A stretch of 64,000 nt of DNA from Saprospiraceae bacterium (lineage in GTDB: Bacteria; Bacteroidota; Bacteroidia; Chitinophagales; Saprospiraceae): positions 164,670 through 228,669 of the forward strand of contig JAHDGU010000001.1 of NCBI GenBank assembly GCA_020627535.1, written 5' to 3'. Below the pieces are notes generated by a model that worked only from the letters and a program-made list of their open reading frames with translations, made no database searches and had not been told where the DNA came from. Both the position numbers and the translations under genes were made by a program. How positions within the stretch are numbered: the stretch's first letter is position 1; each line of letters begins with the position of its first letter. Shown here in pieces: positions 33,978 through 44,389 of this stretch.

Positions 33978-35705
33978 TCAATAGGCAAATATCATTGACT
34001 TGACATCAACCTTCTCTCCATCGATCCAAAGTCCATAGTAGTAAGTACCTGCTCGATTGTAGCCATGCCTAAAAAGGTATTCATTGAGTCCAAGCTTGAG
34101 ATCGAGATAGTCTCGCTTGATCTCTCGACCTGTATGGTCAAATATTCGTAGAAGCGCTTCGTCATGTGGGACTTCTTCTTTGAGAAGTACATTGATGTAA
34201 GTGGCTTCATCAAAGGGGTTAGGAACATTTTGCATCAATTCAATTTTGGACGAAAGTCCTATGAGATCCTCGGTGCTCGTAGTCCTAGCAAATTCCTCTT
34301 GACCAAAGCAACTCTCGACTCCTGCGCTATCCACACTCGCTACACTGATAAATCGTATCCCTCCAGTGCTGAAAGGAAGTAAAACCTCTCGTTCCGTAGT
34401 CTGGATCAATGTGTCCCATTCTGTACCCGTTTGTCTGACACTGACCAAGTAGTTGTCATAGTCTAGACTATCATAGATGCGCAGTAAAATATCAAAATTA
34501 TCCGTCCGGAAAACTTCAAAATCAGGGGTGACCGGAGCACGGCTAATCATGGCAGCTGCATTGGCATTGATCGTAGCATTGCGTCTCAGGTAATTGAAGT
34601 CTACAAAAAAGCTATCCACCATACCGTCTCCATCCAGATCTACACCGGCGACATCTCTGTGCGAATGTTGGCGATCCGTATAGCCGGGTGTGGGATTGGC
34701 ATTGCCGTGCTCATGTGCAGATGTAAATCTGATCGCCGGGAAGCCTCTCCTTCTGAAGGGGATATGATCACCACCACGCCCTGTGCGATCCTCCGCGCTC
34801 ATGATAGAAATATTCATTGGTACCTTGGCCTCGTCGATGAGCATGTCTCCGTACTGCAACTTCACATAGCGCGCCAGTTGCTTGTGGACGGATCCACCAC
34901 CACTAGAGAAAATCCTGACCTGTGTGGAATCAATGAGATTCTCTCCAGGACAAGATGGTGGTGAGCTCGTCGCTCCGCAGATGATGCCACCAATGACATC
35001 ATTGTTCAGAACTGCTTTGATCGGTAAATTGCGCTCTTGAGCATAGAGCGCCATGGCATCTGCTCCGATCAGGCCTTGCTCTTCGCCAGTGGTGCACATA
35101 AATACCATCGTATGCTTGAAGCTCAGTTGACTCATCACACGAGCTAATTCCATGACCAGAGCCGTACCTGTGGCATTATCCTCCACACCTTGCGCTATAC
35201 AGTCTATGTCACAAGGATCCTCACATCGAGAGTCAATATGTCCCTCGATGAGTATGATACCATGCTCTTCTGGCGCATATCCTGGTAGTACTGCAATCAT
35301 ATTGCGATGTGCAGACATACCACAGACGTCGGCATCAAAGTCTACATAGCCTGTAAGCAATCGACCATTCACTCTCCTGGCATAATCGTCAAAGACTGAT
35401 TTGGCCCACCTTCTAGCAGCTCCCATTCCCCAAGTATTGCTCACTGTATCCGCGCCAGTATTTCGGTTGCCAAAACTTGCAATTTCCAAGACGAGCTTCT
35501 TGAGAGTGTCTGCCGATATCTCGTCATTCAACCACTCAGTGATCTCTTGCGGGTCATCGATTCTCATACCTCCGGCATAGTCTTCTGACACGAAGTCTCC
35601 ATCGAGGACTTCGGCCATGATTGGATTTGACAATCGGACATTGGTCTGCGCTGTAAGGGAATTGACCGTGAGAATGAACAGGGTGGAGGCCAATAAGTGT
35701 TTCAT
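33978..35705 (-). CDS. Secreted M28-family aminopeptidase with a T9SS type-A C-terminal sorting domain
   Basis: Signal peptide MKHLLASTLFILTVNSLTAQ. M28 metal-ligand contexts IEGHIDSR, EDNATGTALVMELAR, TTGEEQGLIGA, LNNDVIGG. C-terminal LMQNVPNPFDEATYINV...YYYGLWIDG... is a Por tail. Confidence 0.8.
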   Translation of the reverse strand: MKHLLASTLFILTVNSLTAQTNVRLSNPIMAEVLDGDFVSEDYAGGMRIDDPQEITEWLNDEISADTLKKLVLEIASFGNRNTGADTVSNTWGMGAARRWAKSVFDDYARRVNGRLLTGYVDFDADVCGMSAHRNMIAVLPGYAPEEHGIILIEGHIDSRCEDPCDIDCIAQGVEDNATGTALVMELARVMSQLSFKHTMVFMCTTGEEQGLIGADAMALYAQERNLPIKAVLNNDVIGGIICGATSSPPSCPGENLIDSTQVRIFSSGGGSVHKQLARYVKLQYGDMLIDEAKVPMNISIMSAEDRTGRGGDHIPFRRRGFPAIRFTSAHEHGNANPTPGYTDRQHSHRDVAGVDLDGDGMVDSFFVDFNYLRRNATINANAAAMISRAPVTPDFEVFRTDNFDILLRIYDSLDYDNYLVSVRQTGTEWDTLIQTTEREVLLPFSTGGIRFISVASVDSAGVESCFGQEEFARTTSTEDLIGLSSKIELMQNVPNPFDEATYINVLLKEEVPHDEALLRIFDHTGREIKRDYLDLKLGLNEYLFRHGYNRAGTYYYGLWIDGEKVDVKSMIFAY

Positions 35706-35713
35706 GATTGCAA

Positions 35714-35721
35714 TAGCTTTG
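35714..35721 (+). promoter_or_regulatory. Candidate -7 promoter box TAGCTTTG
   Basis: Matches TAnnTTTG, 19 nt upstream of the menA GTG start at 35741. Confidence 0.35.
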
Positions 35722-35740
35722 AGCTCGTAAGTATAGTGCT

Positions 35741-36643
35741 GTGAATCTAAAGAAATCTGTCGGAATTTGGCTATCTGCCTTGAGACTGAGGACGATACCT
35801 CTTGCGATCAGTAGCATTCTGATGGGTAGTTTTCTCGCTGCGCGAACTGGAGATTTTCGCTGGGATGTGATGATCCTGGCTTGCCTGACCGCGATCTTAC
35901 TGCAATTGCTCTCAAATCTCGCCAATGACTATGGAGATAGCATTCACGGTGCGGATAGCGACTTGCGAAAAGGACCATCACGTGCTGTCCAATCAGGCAT
36001 GATCACGGCAGATCGTATGAAAAGAGCAATCTACCTCTTTGCTGCACTGGCGCTCGTCAGTGGTGTGACATTAGTAATCATGGCATCCATTACGGTGAAG
36101 ATGAAGCTCCTTTTCCTTGGGCTCGGTTTAGTTGCTATCGCGGCTGCCTACTACTACACCAATGGGGCTCGACCATACGGATACGCTGGGCTAGGAGATA
36201 TCAGTGTTTTCTTATTTTTTGGACTATTGGGAGTGATGGGTAGTTACTATTTGCACACTGCACGATGGGATCAGGCAGTGATCTTGCCAGCCGTCTCAGT
36301 AGCAGCTTTCTCTGTCGGTGTGCTCAATGTGAATAACATCCGAGATATGATCTCCGATCAGAAAGCTGGGAAGTACAGTGTACCCGTCAGACTAGGCTAT
36401 ACTGGAGCGCGAGTCTATCACTCACTCCTCATATTGACAGGTATATTGGCGGCGATGATCTATAGTGGTGCTGCACAAGGCGTCTGGACTACGTACCTGT
36501 ACGCTGCTCTTTTACCGATATTTTTTCTGCATCTGCGTGCCATTTGGTCGAAAGACCGTGAACAGCTAGATCCACAGCTCAAGCAGCTCGCCTTGCTGAC
36601 TTTCAGTTTTGTCATCTTATTTGGTGTAGGGCTATTAGTCTAG
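35741..36643 (+). CDS. menA: 1,4-dihydroxy-2-naphthoate polyprenyltransferase
   Basis: UbiA-superfamily polytopic membrane protein. First Asp-rich motif NLANDYGDSIHGAD. N-terminal WLSALRLRTIPLA is typical of MenA. GTG start. Confidence 0.85.
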   Translation: MNLKKSVGIWLSALRLRTIPLAISSILMGSFLAARTGDFRWDVMILACLTAILLQLLSNLANDYGDSIHGADSDLRKGPSRAVQSGMITADRMKRAIYLFAALALVSGVTLVIMASITVKMKLLFLGLGLVAIAAAYYYTNGARPYGYAGLGDISVFLFFGLLGVMGSYYLHTARWDQAVILPAVSVAAFSVGVLNVNNIRDMISDQKAGKYSVPVRLGYTGARVYHSLLILTGILAAMIYSGAAQGVWTTYLYAALLPIFFLHLRAIWSKDREQLDPQLKQLALLTFSFVILFGVGLLV

Positions 36644-37845
36644 CCCTTTGTGACTGCAGTGTAGATATACACTCCACAAAATGCTATGCCTGTCACAATG
36701 ATACCCGTGATAAAAATAGTATAGCAGATCCGTAGTCTTGAATACTTGAAGCCAAGACTCTTGCCCAGATAAAATAGATCCATCAAGGCGGCATTGTCCA
36801 AAACGACGTTGTCCTCAAAGATGGAGAGCATACCTTCCTTGAATTTGTTGTAGTCCATACGGAAGAAGTTGCCAAAGAAGAATAGATTGAGATTTTTTTG
36901 TGCCTCTTTAGATATCTCTGATCGCCCTGTCATGGCGATGGGTCGAGTGACCATCGTAGCATAAAACATGGTCGTCAAGCAAGTGAGGGTCAAGGGTATG
37001 ATGCCAAAGAGCAACAGGCTGTTTTCATTGACATCATCTGCCAATATCGGTAGTGCCACCGATAAGATGATGGCATTGATACTGAGCATGATATTTGCCT
37101 TGTTGTCTGCGATGGCGGTAAGATCAATCTGATTGCGCATCGTAGTCTTGAACATCATCTGAGCGCTCTTCTTGTCAAGAATGGCATCTACATCTGTGGC
37201 AGGTTTTTTCGCCATTTTCTTCTTCTTTTTTTTCTTTTTACTGCTGCCATCAAGTTGAGCCTCTTGATTTTGGATCTTGAGCAAGTGCTCGGCCTTTGAA
37301 GGATTGTAGATTTCTTGCGCTGAACGGGTGTAATACTTGTGTCCGAGGAGAAAATTAAGATTAAGCTCTCGCCATCCTTCATCGGTAAACTGATGACCGA
37401 GTGCCGACCACTCTTCGCGGAGGCGATGATTGCATGGGCCAAATCTCTCTGTGCCCAGATGGGACAGGTCAGCATCACACATGATCTGAGATAGGTGATC
37501 TTCCGGCTCTTTGCCCATGCGTGTTGATTCTATGATCTTATGGATCTGCGGTAGTATTGCTGCTTCCAAATGGTGTGACTTGACATAGGCGGTTAAAATA
37601 TTTTTGCTATGTGTCTCGTGATCTTCTGCCTGTACCGTAAATCCTGTGTCATGAAAGAGCACAGCTAGCTCCAGGAGCCTGAGCTGGTCTTCCTGAAGCC
37701 CTTCTTTGGCCGCCAGATTTCTGGCAGCCTCCAGCACATTGGCAGTGTGTCGCCAGTCGTGATAGATGATCGCAGGATCAAGTTGATCACTCAAAAGCTT
37801 TTTGACGTAAGTCTCGGCTTGGGATATGTCCTGCCTTGTCAGCAT
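36640..37845 (-). CDS. HD-domain phosphohydrolase fused to a C-terminal Pycsar-effector-like (DUF5706/PycTM-type) transmembrane domain
   Basis: N-terminal HD motif YHDWRHTANV...LAVLFHDTGF. A poly-Lys linker SSKKKKKKKKMAKKP. The C-terminal approximately 180 aa, ...LTAIADNKANIMLSINAIILSVALPIL...IIPLTLTCLTTMFYATMVTRP...ICYTIFITGIIVTGIAFCGVYIY, has three or four TM helices laid out as I recall for DUF5706. Confidence 0.65.
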   Translation of the reverse strand: MLTRQDISQAETYVKKLLSDQLDPAIIYHDWRHTANVLEAARNLAAKEGLQEDQLRLLELAVLFHDTGFTVQAEDHETHSKNILTAYVKSHHLEAAILPQIHKIIESTRMGKEPEDHLSQIMCDADLSHLGTERFGPCNHRLREEWSALGHQFTDEGWRELNLNFLLGHKYYTRSAQEIYNPSKAEHLLKIQNQEAQLDGSSKKKKKKKKMAKKPATDVDAILDKKSAQMMFKTTMRNQIDLTAIADNKANIMLSINAIILSVALPILADDVNENSLLLFGIIPLTLTCLTTMFYATMVTRPIAMTGRSEISKEAQKNLNLFFFGNFFRMDYNKFKEGMLSIFEDNVVLDNAALMDLFYLGKSLGFKYSRLRICYTIFITGIIVTGIAFCGVYIYTAVTKG

Positions 37846-37927
37846 AGTAGAATAAAGTTAGCTCGTCTGCACTTCACTTCAACAATCTGGCCATACAAGC
37901 ATTGTGATAGCTAAAAGTGCCTGCCCT

Positions 37928-38422
37928 ATGATTGAGATTACAAAGAAGTCTGGTATCTATCAGTTGGTTTCGCGTCAAGCTCTCGCGGCTAGTAGAGAAG
38001 AACTTTGGGACTTTTTATCGGATCCGGGAAATCTCAAGGTCATCACACCTGAGCACATGAACTTTGAGATCACCACTGACCCTATAGATCGTGTCTATCC
38101 AGGTGTGATGATCAGTTATCGTGTGAGCCCTCTTCCTGGTCTGAGGACCAACTGGGTCACGGAGATTACCCATGTTCAAGAGGGGCAGTACTTCGTTGAT
38201 GAGCAAAGAGTAGGGCCGTACGTCATGTGGCATCACGAGCATCATATCCTCGAGGAGGATGGCCAGATGTGGATGCATGACATTGTTACCTACAAACTTC
38301 CTATGGGTGCCTTAGGTAATCTTGTTGGAGGTGGATTCGTACAAGGACAACTCCGTCAGGTCTTTCAATACAGAGAGGACCAACTCGAAAAAATATTCAA
38401 CCAAAGAGAGGTGCTAGTCTGA
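37928..38422 (+). CDS. SRPBCC (START/Bet v1-like) superfamily protein
   Basis: About 165 aa. REELWDFLSDPGNLKVITPE...W.TEITHV..G..FVDEQ..GPY..W.H.H pattern of cyclase/dehydrase-like ligand-binding proteins. The ATG at 37928 is preferred over the track GTG at 37904. Confidence 0.6.
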   Translation: MIEITKKSGIYQLVSRQALAASREELWDFLSDPGNLKVITPEHMNFEITTDPIDRVYPGVMISYRVSPLPGLRTNWVTEITHVQEGQYFVDEQRVGPYVMWHHEHHILEEDGQMWMHDIVTYKLPMGALGNLVGGGFVQGQLRQVFQYREDQLEKIFNQREVLV

Positions 38423-38474
38423 GACTCAGTAGTCTTGCTTCTTCGCGAATGGAAGATGTATCGGAGCTCTAGAC

Positions 38475-38642
38475 TTAGATTTTATTCGTCGCGACCACGA
38501 AGTAGGTCAGGACAAAGGGTAGTGGTACCCAAAACCATTCTGGCTTGGTAAATAGAAGCCATAAAGTGATTACAAGACTGACCAAAAAGATGACCCAAGG
38601 GATGAGGGTAGATTTGTTTTCTTCTTGCTGTGTACTTGACAT
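38475..38642 (-). CDS. Small two-TM membrane protein (55 aa), below the track length cut-off
   Basis: MSSTQQEENKSTLIPWVIFLVSLVITLWLLFTKPEWFWVPLPFVLTYFVVATNKI has two clear hydrophobic helices. It is in a different frame from, and more protein-like than, the 70-aa track ORF 38482-38694. Confidence 0.4.
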   Translation of the reverse strand: MSSTQQEENKSTLIPWVIFLVSLVITLWLLFTKPEWFWVPLPFVLTYFVVATNKI

Positions 38643-38680
38643 GTGTCTGCGTGTTAAGATCTGAGTGCAAAAGTAAGCTT

Positions 38681-39106
38681 TCAGTCCTGATCATCTGGAG
38701 ATATCATATCATGATCTTCGAACATATCATCTTTGAAATCTGATATCGTTCGACGTTCACGCTTGGTTGGCCTTCCGGCTCCTTTCTCCCTGATCTCGGA
38801 TCTGCCTTTACCGACAAACCAGCTCTCATATTTGTTCAATTCTTCTGCGGAGGTAAGGTCGGTGTAGCACTCTTGAGCGAGTGGGGCAGAGACGCGCTTG
38901 GCGATGAGCTTATCCACTTGGATCTCATAGGTAAAGCCATTCTTTTTGACATAGAGTAGATCACCGACTTGTATGAGGTATGAAGGTCTCAAGATCTTGT
39001 CCCCGAGGATCACCTTGTTGGATTTGCAGGCATCTGATGCGATAGATCTTGACTTGAAGATTCTCACGCTCCAGAGCCACTTGTCGACGCGCAATTTTTC
39101 GATCAT
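38681..39106 (-). CDS. S4-domain RNA-binding protein (Hsp15/HslR-like)
   Basis: LRVDKWLWSVRIFKSRSIASDACKSNKVILGDKILRPSYLIQVGDLL is an S4 fold. The start MIEKLRVDKWLW at 39106 forms an ATGA overlap with the upstream ppk2 stop. Confidence 0.8.
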   Translation of the reverse strand: MIEKLRVDKWLWSVRIFKSRSIASDACKSNKVILGDKILRPSYLIQVGDLLYVKKNGFTYEIQVDKLIAKRVSAPLAQECYTDLTSAEELNKYESWFVGKGRSEIREKGAGRPTKRERRTISDFKDDMFEDHDMISPDDQD

Positions 39107-39852
39107 GACGGAAGCTCCATATCTACGATCGGCCAATCTTGAGGTAAAGCTTCCATGGCCTCCAGGACCTTGCTTGCGATGAAGTAATTCCTATACCATC
39201 TCTGGTCTACAGGGGCGATGATCCATGGGATCTCGCTGCGATTGATGGCATCTTCGTAGCACCGGCGATACTCGTTCCAGTGCTTTCTTGCTTCCCAGTC
39301 ACCGACATTGTGTTTCCAGTTTTTTCGCTGCATATCGATGCGCTCTTGGAGCTTTTCTTGTTGGCGCTCTTTGGAAAGGTGTAGATAAAATTTGAGCACG
39401 ATGGTATTTGCGTCTTCTGAGATGAGTCGCTCCCAATCATTGATCGCTCTGATACGACGGAGCGCTTTCTCTTCACTGATCCATCCATGCACCCGCTGGA
39501 TCAACACGTCTTCATAGTGCGATCGTACGAAGATCTTGATCTGCCCCTTACCTGGTGCATTTTTGTGGATGCGCCACAGGAAGTCATGGGCAAACTCTTC
39601 ATCTGTGGGCTTTTTATAGCCTACGGCCGATGCGATCGACGGACTTACTTTCCGAAAGACCTTCTCGGTGGCTCCATCTTTTCCGCTGCTATCCATACCT
39701 TGGAAGACAACCAGTATACTGTGTTCTTTTCTTGCAGCGAGTATCTCCGAGAGCTCAGCGATACGATCTGTGATCCGGTCGAGTTCTATGCTCGCGGTCT
39801 TCTTGTCGAGACCTTCTGGAGCTCGTGTGGATATTTCTGAGAGTTTGATCAT
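39103..39852 (-). CDS. ppk2: Polyphosphate kinase 2 family (polyphosphate:nucleotide phosphotransferase)
   Basis: Walker-A-like VVFQGMDSSGKDGATEKV, FLWRIHKNAP, VRSHYEDVL. The single-domain size (about 250 aa) is typical of PPK2/PAP. The likely start is MIKLSEIST at 39852. Confidence 0.82.
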   Translation of the reverse strand: MIKLSEISTRAPEGLDKKTASIELDRITDRIAELSEILAARKEHSILVVFQGMDSSGKDGATEKVFRKVSPSIASAVGYKKPTDEEFAHDFLWRIHKNAPGKGQIKIFVRSHYEDVLIQRVHGWISEEKALRRIRAINDWERLISEDANTIVLKFYLHLSKERQQEKLQERIDMQRKNWKHNVGDWEARKHWNEYRRCYEDAINRSEIPWIIAPVDQRWYRNYFIASKVLEAMEALPQDWPIVDMELPS

Positions 39853-39859
39853 GATGTGA

Positions 39860-39878
39860 GCGCTTTCGCGCAAAAGTA
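39860..39878 (-). promoter_or_regulatory. ppk2 upstream element: -7 box TACTTTTG fused to a GCGC-GAAA-GCGC mini-hairpin
   Basis: The minus strand reads TTACTTTTGCGCGAAAGCGCtcacatcATG. The 18-mer ACTTTTGCGCGAAAGCGC is identical to the one upstream of tyrS. Confidence 0.45.
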
Positions 39879-39891
39879 ACGCTTGATCAGA

Positions 39892-40821
39892 CTATGTTGC
39901 CATCCTGGAACGCTTGACCAAATAGGCTTGCAAGACTTGGTCAAATCCTCGATTGATATCGCAATCCACAAAGTCAATCCGATATTGCAGACACTTGGCT
40001 TTGATCGCATCGAGATAGCCGCTGACTTGTGTCTGGTAGTATTCTTGGATCTGGTTGGCCTGGAGCCTCACCTTGTCCCCAGATTCCAAATCTATCAGCT
40101 CGTAGGGGCGATTCTCAAATTCAAAGTCAAGCTCTAGCTTTTTGTCTGCCACATGAAATACGACGACTTCGTGTTTGTTGTACTTCAGGTGTTGTAGCGC
40201 AGCAAAGAGATTTTCGAGCTCGTAGTTGTCTTGGAACATGTCACTGAAGATCATGACGAGAGATCTCTTGTGCACAGTCTCAGCGATTTGATGCAGTGCC
40301 TCAGCCACACCACTTTTCTTGTTCTCTTGCATTTGCATCACATATTTCTCGATGTGACTCAAAAGAAGACGGTAGTGCGCTGTGCTCGATTTGCACCGCG
40401 TATTGATATGTACTTCCTCATCAAAGAGACTGAGTCCAAAGGCATCTCTTTGTCTGCGAAGCAAATTCATCAATGAAGCAATGGCCAATGCCGAAAATCT
40501 GAGCTTATTGATTTCTGTGTAAGCATCAGATTTGGGAACAGGGAAGTTCATGGAGGAGGAGATGTCTAGGAGCATCTGACAGCGCAGATTGGTCTCTTCC
40601 TCAAACTTCTTGACAAACAACTTGTCCGTACGAGCATAGACCTTCCAGTCGACATTCTTCGTGCTGTCACCTGGATTGTACAGACGGTGCTCAGCAAATT
40701 CTACACTGAATCCATGAAACGGACTTTTGTGGAGTCCAATGATAAATCCCTCAACTACCTGCTTGGCGAGTAGCTCGAGATTATTAAGATTGCGGAGTTC
40801 GTGTTGATCAAAAAAACTCAT
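39892..40821 (-). CDS. DUF58-family protein (vWA-like, MoxR-associated family)
   Basis: GFSVEFAEHRLYNPGDSTKNVDWKVYARTDKLFVKKFEEETNL is the DUF58 signature region. No MoxR ATPase or Bat genes are adjacent. Confidence 0.75.
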   Translation of the reverse strand: MSFFDQHELRNLNNLELLAKQVVEGFIIGLHKSPFHGFSVEFAEHRLYNPGDSTKNVDWKVYARTDKLFVKKFEEETNLRCQMLLDISSSMNFPVPKSDAYTEINKLRFSALAIASLMNLLRRQRDAFGLSLFDEEVHINTRCKSSTAHYRLLLSHIEKYVMQMQENKKSGVAEALHQIAETVHKRSLVMIFSDMFQDNYELENLFAALQHLKYNKHEVVVFHVADKKLELDFEFENRPYELIDLESGDKVRLQANQIQEYYQTQVSGYLDAIKAKCLQYRIDFVDCDINRGFDQVLQAYLVKRSRMAT

Positions 40822-40835
40822 AGATGCTAAAACAA

Positions 40836-40870
40836 CGCAGGAGAACCAAGTAGATTATGGTTCTCCTGCG
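40836..40870 (-). terminator. Rho-independent terminator downstream of trxA
   Basis: Perfect 12-bp stem CGCAGGAGAACC / GGTTCTCCTGCG with an 11-nt loop. On the minus strand it is followed by TTGTTTTA. Confidence 0.7.
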
Positions 40871-40898
40871 AGACTTATTGGCTAAAATAAGTATTCTC

Positions 40899-41219
40899 TT
40901 AGTTGAGTAGGGCGTCGATTTTGCTCGCAAGAGCTTGCTTGCTGGCTGTGCCGACATGCTTGTCCACGACCTCTCCACCTTTCATAAAGAGGATGGTAGG
41001 TATGCTTCTCACACCAAACTGGAGTGATACTTCTGGATTGTGGTCCACATTGACTTTCCCAATGAGTGCTTTCCCTTCGTATTCTGTTGCTAGCTCTTCG
41101 ATGATGGGGCTGATCATTCTGCATGGTCCACACCACTCTGCCCAAAAATCAACGACTGCGACGCCTTCAGTCTCGACTGCTGATTCTTTAAAGTTTGCGT
41201 CTGTAAATTCAAATGCCAT
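40899..41219 (-). CDS. trxA: Thioredoxin
   Basis: WAEWCGPCRM active site; 106 aa. Confidence 0.95.
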   Translation of the reverse strand: MAFEFTDANFKESAVETEGVAVVDFWAEWCGPCRMISPIIEELATEYEGKALIGKVNVDHNPEVSLQFGVRSIPTILFMKGGEVVDKHVGTASKQALASKIDALLN

Positions 41220-41331
41220 GATGCTTCTTTTGTAGTAATAAATTCAATCTCTATAACTCCAAACAAAGATATAGGTTCCACAAGAGCCTCGACATCGTGA
41301 CATTTGTCTTGTGAACGATGTACTGAGATTA

Positions 41332-42381
41332 ATGAAATCTTATCATGGGGTGGTTTTGGCTGCCTTGGTGCTCGCAATATCATCGCTGATAGGACAGGAG
41401 TCTGCCTTGGTTGAGCGATATTATAGTCGAGGATTTTACCTGTATTTGCGTAGGCTATATGATCTGATTGATCCAGTCTTAGTGGTTCCGGGAATCTTGA
41501 TCGCGATTGTGCTGGTCATCATAGTCCCACTATGGCGGGCTTTCGCCCAAAAACGCTCTTGGAAAAGCAAGCTCAAAACGATCGTCAACATCATTGGCTG
41601 GATTGTTTTCCTTTTTTACCTGCTGTGGGGATTTAACTATCAGCGCATCCCATATGTCAAGCAGACCAATCTTGGAATTGTTACACCTAGCGACAGTCTT
41701 CTCCGTGCTGAAGTAGTAGAGACAGTGATGACATTGACTGAATTGCGACACAGAAAGGTGTGGTCGAGAGATTCTGCCATCAATCTGTCCGCTCTTCAAG
41801 GTCTCTTGTCTGATGAGATGGGAGTCTATCTATCTTCCGTAGATTATCCAACAAATTTTGATGTACGAGTCCGGGTATGGAAGCTCAAGGGCTTGCTACT
41901 TAGATTCAGTACGGCAGGAATCTACATCCCTCACAGCTTGGAGGGGAATGTAGATGGTGGCTTACACCCTTTGCAATTGCCATTCACAGGTTCTCATGAG
42001 ATGGTTCATGCCTTTGGCATCACGCATGAAGGAGTCGCCAATCTCTGCGCATACATGGCTTGCTCCAAATCTGAAAATATCTATGTGCGCTACTGTGCCG
42101 AATTGGCATACTTCAGATATCTCCTGACAGATCTCAGACGAAGTGATCAGGCGGCCTGGGAGGAAGTATGGGCGGGGCTAGACCCTCTGATTGTGAAGGA
42201 TCTTCAAGACATCCGACAGCAAATGGATAAATATCCAGATTTCATACCCAAGATCAGGAACAAGGTCTACGACAGTTATCTCAAGCAGCATGGAATGGCA
42301 GATGGCCTGAAGAGCTATAGCCAGATGGTCAAACTTGTCATGAGTGAGAAAGCACGAGCTTCAACCCATTTCGTCCATTAG
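41332..42381 (+). CDS. DUF3810-like membrane-associated putative zinc metallopeptidase
   Basis: N-terminal TM helices. The HEMVHAFG (HExxH) motif is preceded by IYIPHSLEGN. The family name is from memory of similar Bacteroidota proteins. The ATG at 41332 is preferred over the track GTG at 41311. Confidence 0.6.
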   Translation: MKSYHGVVLAALVLAISSLIGQESALVERYYSRGFYLYLRRLYDLIDPVLVVPGILIAIVLVIIVPLWRAFAQKRSWKSKLKTIVNIIGWIVFLFYLLWGFNYQRIPYVKQTNLGIVTPSDSLLRAEVVETVMTLTELRHRKVWSRDSAINLSALQGLLSDEMGVYLSSVDYPTNFDVRVRVWKLKGLLLRFSTAGIYIPHSLEGNVDGGLHPLQLPFTGSHEMVHAFGITHEGVANLCAYMACSKSENIYVRYCAELAYFRYLLTDLRRSDQAAWEEVWAGLDPLIVKDLQDIRQQMDKYPDFIPKIRNKVYDSYLKQHGMADGLKSYSQMVKLVMSEKARASTHFVH

Positions 42382-42631
42382 GACTTATGTGCTCGGATTG
42401 AGCATTCTATTTGTAATTTTTACTTAGGGTAAAATTGATACTTTCCTTTCAAGAAACTGCGGTTTTGGGTTGACTGTGTCAGGTTCTTCGCGCATTGCGT
42501 ATTTCTGCTTCACAATCAAGCACTTCCTCTCCTCGCCATAGATTGCTATGCCTCATCGACTAAGCAGCTGATTCTTTTGCAAGAATCCACTATCCATCGA
42601 AGCCCAATGCAGGAATTGGGTTTAACCAACC

Positions 42632-42663
42632 AAAAAAGCCTGTCTCTCATTGAGAAACAGGCT
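42632..42663 (-). terminator. Rho-independent terminator of groES-groEL
   Basis: The minus-strand RNA forms GCCUGUUUCU...AGAGACAGGC (10-bp stem with one G-U pair) followed by UUUUUU, 35 nt after the groEL stop. Confidence 0.8.
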
Positions 42664-42697
42664 TTCTAATTTCTAGTTGTCTTGACTTGATGATTGA

Positions 42698-44389
<1,692 letters not shown>

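Noticed and set aside
37216-37239. The poly-lysine A-rich tract in the HD-PycTM gene as a phase-variation (slipped-strand) switch
   Set aside because: The run is interrupted (AAA/AAG mix, longest pure homopolymer 8 nt) and lies in a linker where length changes in multiples of three would be tolerated. There is no evidence for on/off switching from a single sequence.
36640-37845. Calling a complete Pycsar antiphage system
   Set aside because: Only an effector-like TM domain fused to an HD domain is present. No pyrimidine cyclase or other defence gene is adjacent, so I report it only as an unusual fusion.
39892-40821. A MoxR/BatA-E aerotolerance-type operon inferred from the DUF58 gene
   Set aside because: The DUF58 gene stands alone between ppk2 and trxA. 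No MoxR ATPase or vWA/Bat genes are adjacent.
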